Of a stretch of 64,000 bases of DNA, positions 1 through 9,534 are shown piece by piece. Below the pieces are notes generated by a model. That model was not told where the DNA came from, made no database searches, and saw only the letters and a list, made by a program, of their open reading frames with translations. The stretch lies in contig JBCDJY010000005.1 of assembly GCA_038747245.1 (NCBI GenBank), positions 37,356 to 101,355 on the forward strand. Reading direction: 5' to 3'. The position numbers and the translations under genes were made by a program. The DNA comes from Pseudomonadota bacterium (GTDB lineage Bacteria; Pseudomonadota; Alphaproteobacteria; Caulobacterales; Hyphomonadaceae). The stretch's first letter is position 1; each line of letters starts with the position of its first letter.

Positions 1-359
1 AGGTTGAAACCGCAGTTGAGCTGCCGTCTGGCCGGGCGATGATGATTGCCGGGCTGATCCAATCTCGCACACGCCAGGAGCTCGACCAGATCCCCGGCAT
101 CAAGAACGTGCCCGTGCTCGGCAGCCTCTTCCAGTCGCGCGATTTTACCAATGACGAAACCGAACTGGTGATCATCATCACGCCATATCTGGTAGACCCG
201 GCCGCCAAGCAGGATCTGCGCACGCCGGCCGACGGCTTTGCCAACGCGTCGGACCGCGATGTGCTGCTCTTTGGTCGTCTCAATCAAATGTACAGCAATG
301 GTGGCACGCGCCTCGACCCGGAAACCTATCGCGCCCCCGTCGGCTTCATCGATGAATAG
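1..359 (+). CDS. cpaC: Tad/Flp pilus outer-membrane secretin CpaC/RcpA, C-terminal fragment (5' end upstream of window)
   Basis: The frame is open from nt 3 to the stop at 359. The translated tail VETAVELPSGRAMMIAGLIQ...IPGIKNVPVLGSLFQSRDF...ELVIIITPYLV matches the conserved secretin C-terminal domain. It is followed by cpaD-cpaE-cpaF-tadB-tadC. Confidence 0.85.
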   Translation, partial: VETAVELPSGRAMMIAGLIQSRTRQELDQIPGIKNVPVLGSLFQSRDFTNDETELVIIITPYLVDPAAKQDLRTPADGFANASDRDVLLFGRLNQMYSNGGTRLDPETYRAPVGFIDE

Positions 360-369
360 GAGACGCCCC

Positions 370-1047
370 ATGAACCGTCATGTGCTTTCCCGCGTGGTGC
401 TCGCCGCAGCGGCTGGTCTGGCCCTTGGCGCCTGTCAGCAAAACGACCTGGCTTTGCCTGAGAATGTTCAGCTTGAAGGCCTGCCTTTCGACAATAATCG
501 CATTGGGGTCGAGCGCACCACCGAAGTGATCGAAATCGAGGTCAACCCGGCCTATAGCGACCTCAGAATTGCCGACCGCCGCGCCCTTGAGCGGTTCGTG
601 GCGGCCTTCCGGGACCGCGGCCACGGCGCCCTGGTCATGGCGATGCCTGAAAATGGCAGCTATCCGGACGCCGCCGTCGAGACGCTGAAAAACGTGCGCA
701 CGCTGGCCTGGGAAAACGGCGTCGCCTGGGAGCAGATTTCCGGCTCGGCCTATGAGGCAAATGGCCTGAATGCGCCAATCGTCTTGGCCTTTGATGCATA
801 TGAGGCCGTGGCGCCCGAATGCCTCTCCCTCGCCGCTTACGACATGTCGGATGTCTCCAGCAACAATGAGCCGGCCTACTATGGCTGCGCGGTGCGCAAC
901 AACATTGCGATGATGATCGCCGACCCAGGCGATCTTCTTTCGCGCCGCGAGATCGATACGCCGGACAACAGCCGGGTCTCGGTGATCATGGAAGCCTATC
1001 GCGCCGGCACCTGGGGCGGCGGTGAAGCCGTCGGCGTGGGCAATTAG
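370..1047 (+). CDS. cpaD: CpaD-type pilus assembly lipoprotein
   Basis: Same frame as ORF 238..1047. The ATG at 370 gives a signal peptide with lipobox LALGAC. The C-terminal YYGCAVRNNIAMMIADPGDL resembles the CpaD family motif (from memory). It lies between the secretin gene and cpaE. Confidence 0.75.
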   Translation: MNRHVLSRVVLAAAAGLALGACQQNDLALPENVQLEGLPFDNNRIGVERTTEVIEIEVNPAYSDLRIADRRALERFVAAFRDRGHGALVMAMPENGSYPDAAVETLKNVRTLAWENGVAWEQISGSAYEANGLNAPIVLAFDAYEAVAPECLSLAAYDMSDVSSNNEPAYYGCAVRNNIAMMIADPGDLLSRREIDTPDNSRVSVIMEAYRAGTWGGGEAVGVGN

Positions 1048-1088
1048 CGGGCCCGCCACGGTCGCGGATCGATTTGGAGTTAACAGCC

Positions 1089-2510
1089 ATGGGCAAAGAA
1101 AACGCGCTCTTTGAGGACGATTTCGACTTTGATGTGGAGGGCTTGGACGACCTTCCAGGCAGCGACGAGGCGCCTGAGGCTGTCCTGGAGGCCTTTGAGG
1201 GCGCCCTGACCGGGGCAGCGGGCGCCGGCGAGGCGGGCATCGGCGATGAGATTGAGCCGGGCGAAGACGCCGAAGGCGGCGCCGGCTCCGCGCCCCTTCC
1301 GGCTTTGGCGCCCAGTGGCGGCGACAAGCCCATTCCCGCCATTTCTATCCTCGCCTTCATTGAGCGCTCCGAGACCCGCACCCTCATTGAGGTTATGGCG
1401 CGCGACCGGCGCCTGGGCCGCGCGAGCGTTGAGATATTCGATGGCGGCCTCGATGCGGCCGTTTCCCATCTTGGCGAGAATGCCACCCCGAACTTGCTGC
1501 TCGTGGAAAGCACCGCTCCGGCCAAATCGATGATCCAGGAAATCGATCGCCTCGCAGAGCACTGCGACGAAGGCGTCGAGGTGATGGTGATTGGCGCGAC
1601 CAATGATATCCCGCTTTACCGGCAATTGGTTGCCCGCGGCGTGAGCGAATACCTCGTCCCACCGATCGAGCCGCTGCAAATCATCCGCTCGATTTCCGAC
1701 CTGTTCACCGATCCCGACGCGCCTTTCCTCGGCCGCTCGGTCGCCGTCGTGGGCGCGAAGGGCGGCGTCGGCTCGTCGACCATTGCCCACAATCTTGCTT
1801 GGTCCCTGGCCGAAAATGCCCGCCTCAATACGACCCTGGTGGACCTGGATGTTTCCTTCGGCACCACCGCGCTCGACTTTAACGAAGACCCGGCCCAAAC
1901 GGTGGTCGATGCGCTGCTTGATCCGGAGCGCGCCGACGAGGCCGTGGTCAACCGGCTCCTGTCGCGCGCGACCGACCGGCTGTCTTTGTTTGCAGCGCCC
2001 GCCACGGTGGCCGACATTCCCGAAATCCCCGCCGAAGCCTACAGCAAGGTGATCGACACGGTGCGGCGCAATACGCCCTATGTGATCCTGGATTTGCCCC
2101 ACACCTGGACGCCCTGGGTGATGCAGACCCTGGTCGATGCCGACGAGCTCATCATTGTTTGCCAGCCCGACCTGGCCTCCCTGCGCAACGGCAAGAACAT
2201 CATCGACCAGCTCACCTCGGCCCGGCCCAACGACACTCCGCCGCGCCTTGTGCTGAACATGGCCGGCGTGCCGCGCCGCCCGGAAATTCCGGTCAAGGAT
2301 TTCGCCGCCGCAATCGGCTTTGAGCCGGAAATCGTCTTGCCGTTTGAGCCGCATCTTTTTGGCGTGGCGGCCAACAATGGACAGATGATCTCTGAAGCCG
2401 ATGCCAGCGCCAAACCCTCGCTTGCGATTGACCATTTGGCCTCAGTGATCTCCGGCCAAACCGTGCAAACGCCCACCAAGAGCTTGCTTGCCAAGCTCAT
2501 GGGCAAATAG
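1089..2510 (+). CDS. cpaE: CpaE/TadZ pilus assembly protein (receiver-like domain plus ParA/MinD-type ATPase)
   Basis: The ORF-track frame 1074..2510 starts at TTG. ATG 1089 is preferred because GGAG lies about 9 nt upstream. It has an acidic disordered N-terminus and a deviant Walker A, VVGAKGGVGSSTIAHN. It sits directly upstream of cpaF. Confidence 0.85.
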   Translation: MGKENALFEDDFDFDVEGLDDLPGSDEAPEAVLEAFEGALTGAAGAGEAGIGDEIEPGEDAEGGAGSAPLPALAPSGGDKPIPAISILAFIERSETRTLIEVMARDRRLGRASVEIFDGGLDAAVSHLGENATPNLLLVESTAPAKSMIQEIDRLAEHCDEGVEVMVIGATNDIPLYRQLVARGVSEYLVPPIEPLQIIRSISDLFTDPDAPFLGRSVAVVGAKGGVGSSTIAHNLAWSLAENARLNTTLVDLDVSFGTTALDFNEDPAQTVVDALLDPERADEAVVNRLLSRATDRLSLFAAPATVADIPEIPAEAYSKVIDTVRRNTPYVILDLPHTWTPWVMQTLVDADELIIVCQPDLASLRNGKNIIDQLTSARPNDTPPRLVLNMAGVPRRPEIPVKDFAAAIGFEPEIVLPFEPHLFGVAANNGQMISEADASAKPSLAIDHLASVISGQTVQTPTKSLLAKLMGK

Positions 2511-2527
2511 GCAGCAGGGGTTAGGCG

Positions 2528-3973
2528 ATGGGCTTTGGAAAGAAATCCGCAGGCGGTGTCGACGTTGCGCCGAGGCCGGCGCCCGACGCAGCCGCTAAGC
2601 CCAAGCCTAAGCCGGAAGCTGCACCGGCCAAGCCGGCCCCAAAGCCCGCCGCGAAGGCGCCTGCGCCCGAGCCAGAGCCGGTGCGCCAGGTCGATAATCG
2701 CTCGGAGGCGTACTACGCCACCAAGATGACCATCTTCAACGCGCTGATCGACACGATCGATCTGGCGCAGTTGGCCCAACTCGATGCCGAAAGCGCCCGG
2801 GAAGAGATCCGCGACATTGTCGTGGAGATCATCGCCATCAAGAATGTGGTCATGTCGATTTCCGAGCAGGAGCAACTGCTCGACGACATTTGTAATGACG
2901 TGCTTGGCTATGGCCCGCTCGAGCCGCTGCTGGCGCGCGACGACATTGCCGATATCATGGTGAACGGCGCCGACACTTGCTACATCGAAGTCAATGGTAA
3001 GATTGAGCGGACCAATATCCGGTTCCGCGACAACGCCCAGCTGATGAATATCTGCCAGCGGATCGTGTCCCAAGTCGGCCGCCGGGTGGATGAGAGCTCG
3101 CCGATTTGTGACGCCCGATTGCTCGATGGCTCGCGGGTCAACGTCATCGCGCCGCCGCTGGCAATCGATGGGCCCACCCTGACGATCCGGAAGTTTAAGA
3201 AGGACAAGCTGAAGCTCCAGGACCTGGTGAATTTTGGCTCGATCTCTCCGGCAGGCGCTGAAATCCTGCGCATCATCGGCCATGCGCGGTGTAATGTGTT
3301 GATCTCTGGCGGCACCGGCTCGGGCAAGACGACGCTGCTCAATTGCCTGACCGGCTTTATCGAACCGGGCGAGCGGGTCATCACCTGTGAGGACTCCGCT
3401 GAGCTGCAACTCCAGCAGCCCCACGTGGTGCGCCTGGAGACGCGCCCACCCAACATTGAGGGCTCGGGCGAAGTGACGATGCGCGACCTGGTGAAGAACT
3501 GTCTTCGGATGCGCCCAGAGCGGATCATCGTTGGCGAGGTGCGCGGGCCGGAGGCCTTCGACCTCCTCCAGGCGATGAATACGGGCCATGATGGCTCGAT
3601 GGGAACGCTCCACGCCAACACGCCGCGCGAGGGCCTCAGCCGGGTGGAGTCCATGATCACCATGGGCGGCTTCTCCCTACCGGCCAAAACCATCCGCGAA
3701 ATGATCGTTGGCTCCATCGACATCGTGGTCCAGGCCTCGCGGCTTCGCGATGGCTCGCGCAAGATCATGAATGTGACCGAAGTCATGGGACTGGAAGGCG
3801 ATACGATCATCCTCCAGGACGTTTTGAAGTATGAAATCGACGGCGAAGACACCAATGGCAAGGTGAAGGGCGAGCATCGGGGCACGGGCATTGGCCGGCC
3901 GCGCTTCTGGGAGCGCGCCTCGTACTACAATCTGGAACGCGACCTCGCCAGGGCGCTGGACGAGTTGGGCTGA
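2528..3973 (+). CDS. cpaF: CpaF/TadA secretion ATPase
   Basis: Walker A GGTGSGKTTLLN. The IIVGEVRGPEAFDLLQAMNTGHDGSMGTLHAN block is typical of VirB11/TadA-family ATPases. The N-terminal ~55 aa are Pro/Ala/Lys-rich. Confidence 0.95.
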   Translation: MGFGKKSAGGVDVAPRPAPDAAAKPKPKPEAAPAKPAPKPAAKAPAPEPEPVRQVDNRSEAYYATKMTIFNALIDTIDLAQLAQLDAESAREEIRDIVVEIIAIKNVVMSISEQEQLLDDICNDVLGYGPLEPLLARDDIADIMVNGADTCYIEVNGKIERTNIRFRDNAQLMNICQRIVSQVGRRVDESSPICDARLLDGSRVNVIAPPLAIDGPTLTIRKFKKDKLKLQDLVNFGSISPAGAEILRIIGHARCNVLISGGTGSGKTTLLNCLTGFIEPGERVITCEDSAELQLQQPHVVRLETRPPNIEGSGEVTMRDLVKNCLRMRPERIIVGEVRGPEAFDLLQAMNTGHDGSMGTLHANTPREGLSRVESMITMGGFSLPAKTIREMIVGSIDIVVQASRLRDGSRKIMNVTEVMGLEGDTIILQDVLKYEIDGEDTNGKVKGEHRGTGIGRPRFWERASYYNLERDLARALDELG

Positions 3974-3976
3974 GCG

Positions 3977-5005
3977 ATGGATCAGGACCTTCTGATCTAC
4001 GGCGTTGCCGGGCTGGCTTTCCTCGCCATTGCCGGAGTGGGCATGGCCTTTGCCGGCGGCGGCACGGGCGAGGCAGCCTCAAAGCGCGCCAAGCAGATCT
4101 CTGCGGGGCGCAAGGACGCAAGCGGCAAGGCGAAGCGGGACAAGCAGGATGCGCGCCGGCGCCAAACCCAGCAAATGCTGGAGCAATTGCGCGACCAGAA
4201 CGAAGCCAAGAAACGCTCCATTATGCCGCGGGACATTGGCTCGCGGCTGCAACAGGCCGGGCTGGATATACCGGTGTCCTATTTCTGGGTCGTCTCCGCG
4301 GTGCTGGGGGTTGCTTTGGCCACCCTGGCTTTTCTGTCCGGCGCCGATGGCTTTACCGTGTCAGGCATTGAGCTGCGCTCCCAGATTGCGGTCGTATTTG
4401 CAGCCGGGTTTGCCGGCTTTTTCGGCCTGCCGCGGTTTATTCTCGGCTTCCTTGCAAAGGGCCGGAACAAGAAACTGACGAACCAATTCGCCGACGCGAT
4501 CGACATTATTGTACGCGGCGTCAAATCAGGCTTGCCGCTGAATGAGTGTCTCCAGATCATTGCGCGCGAGAGCCCCGAACCGCTGTCGTCGGAGTTTCAA
4601 AAGCTCGCCGACAACATCCGTATGGGCAACACGATTGAGCAGGCCCTGTCGAAATTCTACCAGCGCGTCCCGCTGCCCGAGGTCAACTTTTTCGTCATCG
4701 TGCTCAACATCCAGTCCAAATCGGGCGGTAACCTGTCGGAGGCCCTGGGCAACCTGTCCAGCATCATCCGCTCACGCAAAATGATGCGCGAGAAAATCAA
4801 GGCCATGTCATCGGAGGCGAAGGCCTCGGCTATGATCATTGGCTCGCTGCCCTTCGCGGTGGGCGGCATGGTCTACATGACGACGCCCGACTACGTCATG
4901 GAGCTGTTCACCACGCCCACGGGCCACACCTTTTTGGCCGCTGGCGGCTTCTGGATGTTCCTCGGCATCATGGTCATGCGCAACATGATCAACTTCGAGA
5001 TTTAG
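3977..5005 (+). CDS. tadB: TadB-type pilus inner-membrane platform protein (T2SF-like)
   Basis: 342 aa with an N-terminal TM, a basic cytoplasmic linker and a polytopic T2SF-like C-terminal half. It starts 3 nt after cpaF. Confidence 0.85.
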   Translation: MDQDLLIYGVAGLAFLAIAGVGMAFAGGGTGEAASKRAKQISAGRKDASGKAKRDKQDARRRQTQQMLEQLRDQNEAKKRSIMPRDIGSRLQQAGLDIPVSYFWVVSAVLGVALATLAFLSGADGFTVSGIELRSQIAVVFAAGFAGFFGLPRFILGFLAKGRNKKLTNQFADAIDIIVRGVKSGLPLNECLQIIARESPEPLSSEFQKLADNIRMGNTIEQALSKFYQRVPLPEVNFFVIVLNIQSKSGGNLSEALGNLSSIIRSRKMMREKIKAMSSEAKASAMIIGSLPFAVGGMVYMTTPDYVMELFTTPTGHTFLAAGGFWMFLGIMVMRNMINFEI

Positions 5006-5015
5006 GGAGCGCGCG

Positions 5016-5981
5016 ATGGAAGAGTTTGCCGCCACCTGGCTCAATCCGGCCACCCTCGCCTCTGTGCTCGCGGCGTGCGCCATGTTTGCCACCGTGCTGT
5101 CTGTCGCCATGCCGCTGCTTAAGGGCGACAAGCTCGAGACGCGGCTCAAGGCCGTCACCTCCCAGCGCGAGAAACTGCGCAAACAATCGCGCGCCCGGCT
5201 GGAAGCGGAAGGCAAGACCATCCGCCGCGAAGCCAAGGGCACCATGGCGGACATCACCAAAAAGCTGAACCTGGCGACGCTGCTCGAGGATCCCAATGTC
5301 GAGCAAAACCTGTCCCAAGCCGGATTTCGCGGGCCAAAACCCGTGGCGACGTTCTACTTCTTTCGCTTCACCCTGCCATTCGTCGGCGCCTTGGCGACCT
5401 TCATATATATCTTCTTCATCAACGATCTCGGCCTGGCGCCGATCCAAAAATACGGCGCCATCGTCTTTGGCGCAGCGGCGGGATTCTACGCCCCAACCCT
5501 GTACATCGGCAACCTGAAGCAGAAGCGCCAGAAATCGATCATGAAGGCCTTTCCCGACGCCCTCGACATGATGCTGATCTGCGTTGAATCGGGCATGTCC
5601 ATTGAAATGGCCTTCGCCAAGGTGGGCGGCGAAATCGGATCAGCCTCGCCGGAACTTGCCGAGGAATTGACCCTGACGACGGCGGAGCTGTCCTACCTGC
5701 CCGAGCGGCGCTTGGCCTATGAAAACCTCGCAAAGCGTACAGGCCATGAAGGGGTGAAATCGGTCTGCATGGCCCTGGTGCAGGGCGAGCGCTACGGAAC
5801 GCCCCTGGGCGATGCTTTGCGGGTCATGGCCAAGGAAAACCGCGACATGCGCATGTCGGAAGCGGAGAAAAAGGCGGCCGCTTTGCCGGCAAAGCTCACT
5901 GTGCCGATGATTGTGTTCTTCCTCCCTGTTCTGTTCGTGGTGGTGCTCGGCCCGGCCTATATCAAATTCCAGGCGATGTGA
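5016..5981 (+). CDS. tadC: TadC-type pilus inner-membrane platform protein (T2SF-like)
   Basis: 321 aa with the same TM-linker-polytopic architecture as tadB, as expected for its paralogous partner. It starts 10 nt after tadB. Confidence 0.85.
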   Translation: MEEFAATWLNPATLASVLAACAMFATVLSVAMPLLKGDKLETRLKAVTSQREKLRKQSRARLEAEGKTIRREAKGTMADITKKLNLATLLEDPNVEQNLSQAGFRGPKPVATFYFFRFTLPFVGALATFIYIFFINDLGLAPIQKYGAIVFGAAAGFYAPTLYIGNLKQKRQKSIMKAFPDALDMMLICVESGMSIEMAFAKVGGEIGSASPELAEELTLTTAELSYLPERRLAYENLAKRTGHEGVKSVCMALVQGERYGTPLGDALRVMAKENRDMRMSEAEKKAAALPAKLTVPMIVFFLPVLFVVVLGPAYIKFQAM

Positions 5982-5985
5982 GCAT

Positions 5986-6903
5986 TCATCCCGCGCCTAG
6001 GTCGCTCGGCGGCGTCTCGCGGGGCTTGTCTTGACCATAGGCCTCGCTGGGCCCGGCCGGGCCGGCGCTTTGGCCCCTCAGGACTGGCGGGCTGTCGCCG
6101 CGCAGGGCCATCAATGCCTCGGCATTGCGCTGCATGATGTCGGCTGGCGCGTCTCCGCCCGCTTCGAACATCTCCTCAAACCGGCCCTGGAGGCCCAGGA
6201 CCAGCGCTAGGTTCTGGCGCACCGTGGTGTTGGCTCCATTGAGCTCGGCGGCGCGGCGCAGGCGCATTTCTGCCGCGGGTAAATCGCCGGTCAGGGCGAG
6301 CGAGAGGCCGAGATTGGCCAGAGTGATGGCCCGGTCGGGATCAAGCGAGAGGGCCTGGCGATAGGCCATCTGCGCGCTGGCATGGTCGCCGAGCCGGTCA
6401 TTGGCCAGGCCAAGGGCGGCCAGGATGTCGGCATTTTCCGGTGCAAGGCGCGCAGCGGCCTCAAGGGCGCGGCGCGCGCCGGCAAACTGGTTTTGCGCCG
6501 ACAGGCTGCGGGCCAGGCGAAGTTTGACCTCCGCCGAACCAGGGTGGATCACTTCGGTTTCGATCAGCACTTCGCCGGCGCGTTCATGGCTGCCAATCCT
6601 GGCGAGGGCGTCGGCAAAGGAGAGCGCGGTTTCAGCATCTTCAGGCGTCTTTGCATATTCGATGGCCCAGAAGTTCGCCCGCTCAAGCGGCGGCATACGA
6701 TCGGCAATCTCCCGCGCTTCGGCGCTGGCTGGGGCGAGGGCCTCATTTGCTGCGGGCGCGGCCTCACCGACACCATCGCTCGGCGTGCCCGTGGCGGCGC
6801 AGCCGCACATCAGCCCGGCGGCCAAGGTGCTTGTCAGGGCGCCCGCAAGGGTGCTGGCCAGGGGGCGTGTTGGGCGGCGTCTTAGGGGGCTGACACTGGA
6901 CAT
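5986..6903 (-). CDS. TPR-repeat protein, probable lipoprotein (TadD-like accessory protein)
   Basis: N-terminal signal with AAGLMCGC. There are three or more 34-aa TPR-like units, for example ADILAALGLANDRLGDHASAQMAYRQALSLDP and AITLANLGLSLALTGDLPAAEMRLRRAAEL. It is convergent with tadC, with a 4-nt gap. Confidence 0.7.
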   Translation of the reverse strand: MSSVSPLRRRPTRPLASTLAGALTSTLAAGLMCGCAATGTPSDGVGEAAPAANEALAPASAEAREIADRMPPLERANFWAIEYAKTPEDAETALSFADALARIGSHERAGEVLIETEVIHPGSAEVKLRLARSLSAQNQFAGARRALEAAARLAPENADILAALGLANDRLGDHASAQMAYRQALSLDPDRAITLANLGLSLALTGDLPAAEMRLRRAAELNGANTTVRQNLALVLGLQGRFEEMFEAGGDAPADIMQRNAEALMALRGDSPPVLRGQSAGPAGPSEAYGQDKPRETPPSDLGAG

Positions 6904-7022
6904 CTCATCTCTCCTCGCGCTCTAAGGGGCTGACTTTCGTGTCCGCCACCCCTGGTCAAAGACCGGTTAACAAATCTGCTGGCGGCCTTAACTTTCCGGC
7001 GCTTCTCGCAAAAAGGACGACC

Positions 7023-8381
7023 ATGGATCCCGCTTTCACTGCCTCGGCAGACGCCCCCGCCCGCGTGCATGTCTACTCCAGTGCGGATTGGCCAGAAGGC
7101 GCCCCGGGCGGGCCCTTGGGCGCGTTCGCCCGCGCATCGGGGTTTGAGGGCCAAGCGGGGAAATCGGTGGTGGCGCCGCGCGAGGACGGCCAATTGGGCG
7201 ATGTCCTGTTCGGCATTGGGGCAGCCAGCGACGGGCTTGCCCTGGCTGGCCTGTCGGCGGGTCTGCCCGAAGGCGCGTACGAGATCGCGCGACTGCCCGA
7301 GGGCTATCCTGTGACTTGGGCGGCGGCGGGATGGCATGACGGCGCCTACCGGTTTGAGCGTTACAAGGCCGGCGCGCCGCCGCCGCGCCTTGTCATCGGC
7401 GAGGGCGCCGAGGCCGCCGCGATGGACCGCCAGGCGCGCGCCGTGCGACTGCTGCGCGACCTCGTCAATACGCCGGCCGAGGAGATGGGCCCCGAAGGCA
7501 TCCAGGGCGCGATATCCGCCTTGGCCGAAAACACTGGCGCGCGGCTTGAGACCACCCTGGGCGAGGCGCTGCTGGACGAGAACTATCCCATGATCCATGC
7601 CGTCGGCCGCGCCTCGTCGAGCGCGCCGCGCCTGATGGAGTTGAGTTGGGGTGACCCCGCCCATCCAGAGCTGGCCATCGTCGGCAAGGGCGTCTCGTTC
7701 GACACGGGCGGGCTGAACATCAAAACCGGCGATTTCATGCGCCTTATGAAGAAGGATATGGGCGGGGCTGCCCATGCGATCGCCCTGGCCCAGCTGGTGA
7801 TCGAGGCCGGCTTGCCCGTGCATTTGAAGCTCTATGTCCCGGCGGTGGAAAACGCGATCTCGGGCAATGCGTTTCGGCCGGGCGACGTGCTTGCAACCCG
7901 CAAGGGCCTGAAGGTGGAAATCGACAACACCGATGCTGAAGGCCGGTTGATCCTGTGCGATGCGTTGGCGCGCGCGTGTGAGAGCCATCCTGACCTCCTG
8001 ATCGATTTCGCCACGCTGACCGGCGCGGCCCGCGTGGCCCTCGGCCCTGACCTGGCGCCCTATTATACCGACGACGAAACCCTGTCGGATAAGTTCCTTG
8101 AAACCGCGCGCCAGGCCGGCGAGCCGGTTTGGCGCCTGCCGATCTGGCGGCCCTATAAGGCGATGCTGTCGAGCTCTGTCGCCGACCTGTGTAATTCGGG
8201 CGGGCGTATGGCCGGCTCGATCACCGCAGCGGTCTACCTGTCCCATTTTGTCGACGCGCCGCGCTGGATGCATTTCGACATCTGGGCCTGGCGCGAGGCG
8301 AAATATGGTCGCCCGGCCGGCGGGGCGGCAACGGGCCTGCGGGCGGCCTGGGCGCTGCTGCGCCAGCGCTATGGGGCCTGA
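7023..8381 (+). CDS. M17-family leucyl aminopeptidase-like protein
   Basis: NTDAEGRLILCDAL (M17 signature), VGKGVSFDTGG and KKDMGGAA. ATG 7023 (AGGA upstream) is preferred over GTG 6939 from the ORF track. Confidence 0.9.
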   Translation: MDPAFTASADAPARVHVYSSADWPEGAPGGPLGAFARASGFEGQAGKSVVAPREDGQLGDVLFGIGAASDGLALAGLSAGLPEGAYEIARLPEGYPVTWAAAGWHDGAYRFERYKAGAPPPRLVIGEGAEAAAMDRQARAVRLLRDLVNTPAEEMGPEGIQGAISALAENTGARLETTLGEALLDENYPMIHAVGRASSSAPRLMELSWGDPAHPELAIVGKGVSFDTGGLNIKTGDFMRLMKKDMGGAAHAIALAQLVIEAGLPVHLKLYVPAVENAISGNAFRPGDVLATRKGLKVEIDNTDAEGRLILCDALARACESHPDLLIDFATLTGAARVALGPDLAPYYTDDETLSDKFLETARQAGEPVWRLPIWRPYKAMLSSSVADLCNSGGRMAGSITAAVYLSHFVDAPRWMHFDIWAWREAKYGRPAGGAATGLRAAWALLRQRYGA

Positions 8382-8445
8382 GCTGGTCTGGGTTGAAAAA
8401 CCGGGCAAATCCCTAAACCGTTGCTCAAGCGGTGGAGGATGCCCC

Positions 8446-8802
8446 ATGTCGATGACCGAACGCGAAGCGCTCAACGCCCTGCGGGCGGCCTTTACGGCCG
8501 GTGTCTCCGGCGCTGCGCCCGACCTGACCGCGCGCCAATCTGCCCTGCTGCTGACGGTCGGCCTGTCGGCGGGGCCCCATACGGTGCGCGGGCTCGCGGC
8601 CGAACTGGATGTGTCCAAGCCGGTGATTTCACGCGCCGTGGACAGGCTAGAGGCGCTCTGCCTGGTACGGCGTGTCCGCGACGAACGCGATCTAAGGTCG
8701 GTCTTCATCGAGCGCACGCCGGCCGGCAGCGCGTTCCTTCGCGCCATGGCTCGCCCAATTCTTGGCCTTGGCCGGACCAAGCCCGTGAAGAAAGCCGCCT
8801 AG
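8446..8802 (+). CDS. MarR-family transcriptional regulator
   Basis: 118 aa, embedded in ORF-track frame 8098..8802. GGAGG lies 7 nt upstream of ATG 8446. The winged-helix block is LTARQSALLLTVGLSAGPHTVRGLAAELDVSKPVISRAVDRLEALCLVRRVRDERDLR. Confidence 0.8.
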   Translation: MSMTEREALNALRAAFTAGVSGAAPDLTARQSALLLTVGLSAGPHTVRGLAAELDVSKPVISRAVDRLEALCLVRRVRDERDLRSVFIERTPAGSAFLRAMARPILGLGRTKPVKKAA

Positions 8803-9437
8803 GGCGCTGGGTCCACGTCGCCCGCTTCGCTGTCGCCTGCTGCCGGCAGCGGTTCTGGGAAGGGCGGCGGGTTGGCCGTTTGCGATGCCATGTAGGCAAT
8901 CACATTGGCGCGTTCGCTGTCTCGATTGAGGCCGGCAAAGCCCATGGATGTGCCGGGCACATAGCCCGACGGGTTTTTCAGCCAGGCGTTCAAGCTTTCA
9001 TACGTCCAGGCGCCGTCATGGCCTTGCAGCGCGCTGGAATAGCGGAAGCCATCCTGGGCTGCCTTGGGCGCGCCGACCGCATTCCACAGCATCGGGCCAA
9101 TCCCATTTCCGCCGTCGGCAGCGATCGAGTGACACGATTGGCACTTCTGCTTGAAGCTGCTCTCGCCGCGGGCCGGGTCCGCATTGGCAAGCGCCAAGCC
9201 GAGGTCGAACACGTCTTCGACCACATCGCCGCCTCCGGCGCGGCCGTCTTCGACCTCGACATAATAGGCGTAACTGGCCGCGATCTTTTCGTTCAGCGAC
9301 AGAGCCTCGCCGCCATGGTCGTCATAATGGGCTTTTTCCGGCGCAAAAATCGAGTGGGACAGCAGGTGCAGGCCCATCATCGCGAGCACGACAGCCAACA
9401 CGCAGCCGAAGATCGTGTTTAGTGTCAACTCGCCCAT
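8799..9437 (-). CDS. Membrane-anchored class I cytochrome c (CycM-like)
   Basis: N-terminal TM anchor IFGCVLAVVLAMMGLHLL and heme motif CQSCH (CXXCH). The 3' end overlaps the convergent MarR gene by 4 nt. Confidence 0.85.
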   Translation of the reverse strand: MGELTLNTIFGCVLAVVLAMMGLHLLSHSIFAPEKAHYDDHGGEALSLNEKIAASYAYYVEVEDGRAGGGDVVEDVFDLGLALANADPARGESSFKQKCQSCHSIAADGGNGIGPMLWNAVGAPKAAQDGFRYSSALQGHDGAWTYESLNAWLKNPSGYVPGTSMGFAGLNRDSERANVIAYMASQTANPPPFPEPLPAAGDSEAGDVDPAP

Positions 9438-9534
9438 GGCGTGCTTGCCCTTATTCGGCCTTGGAGCCGTGTAGGTGGCACGCTAAGGGGTGGCCTACAA
9501 CTGACGCGGTGACGCACTGCGACCAAGGACCGGT

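Noticed and set aside
2078-3613. 511-aa minus-strand ORF antisense to cpaE and cpaF
   Set aside because: This is a shadow frame opposite genes with clear Walker motifs, and its product has no recognisable motif.
6882-8780. 632-aa minus-strand ORF covering the whole M17 aminopeptidase and MarR region
   Set aside because: The product is Arg/Ala/Gly/Pro-rich with no motifs, as expected for a shadow ORF in high-GC DNA. The + strand frame carries the M17 signature NTDAEGRL and has high GC3.
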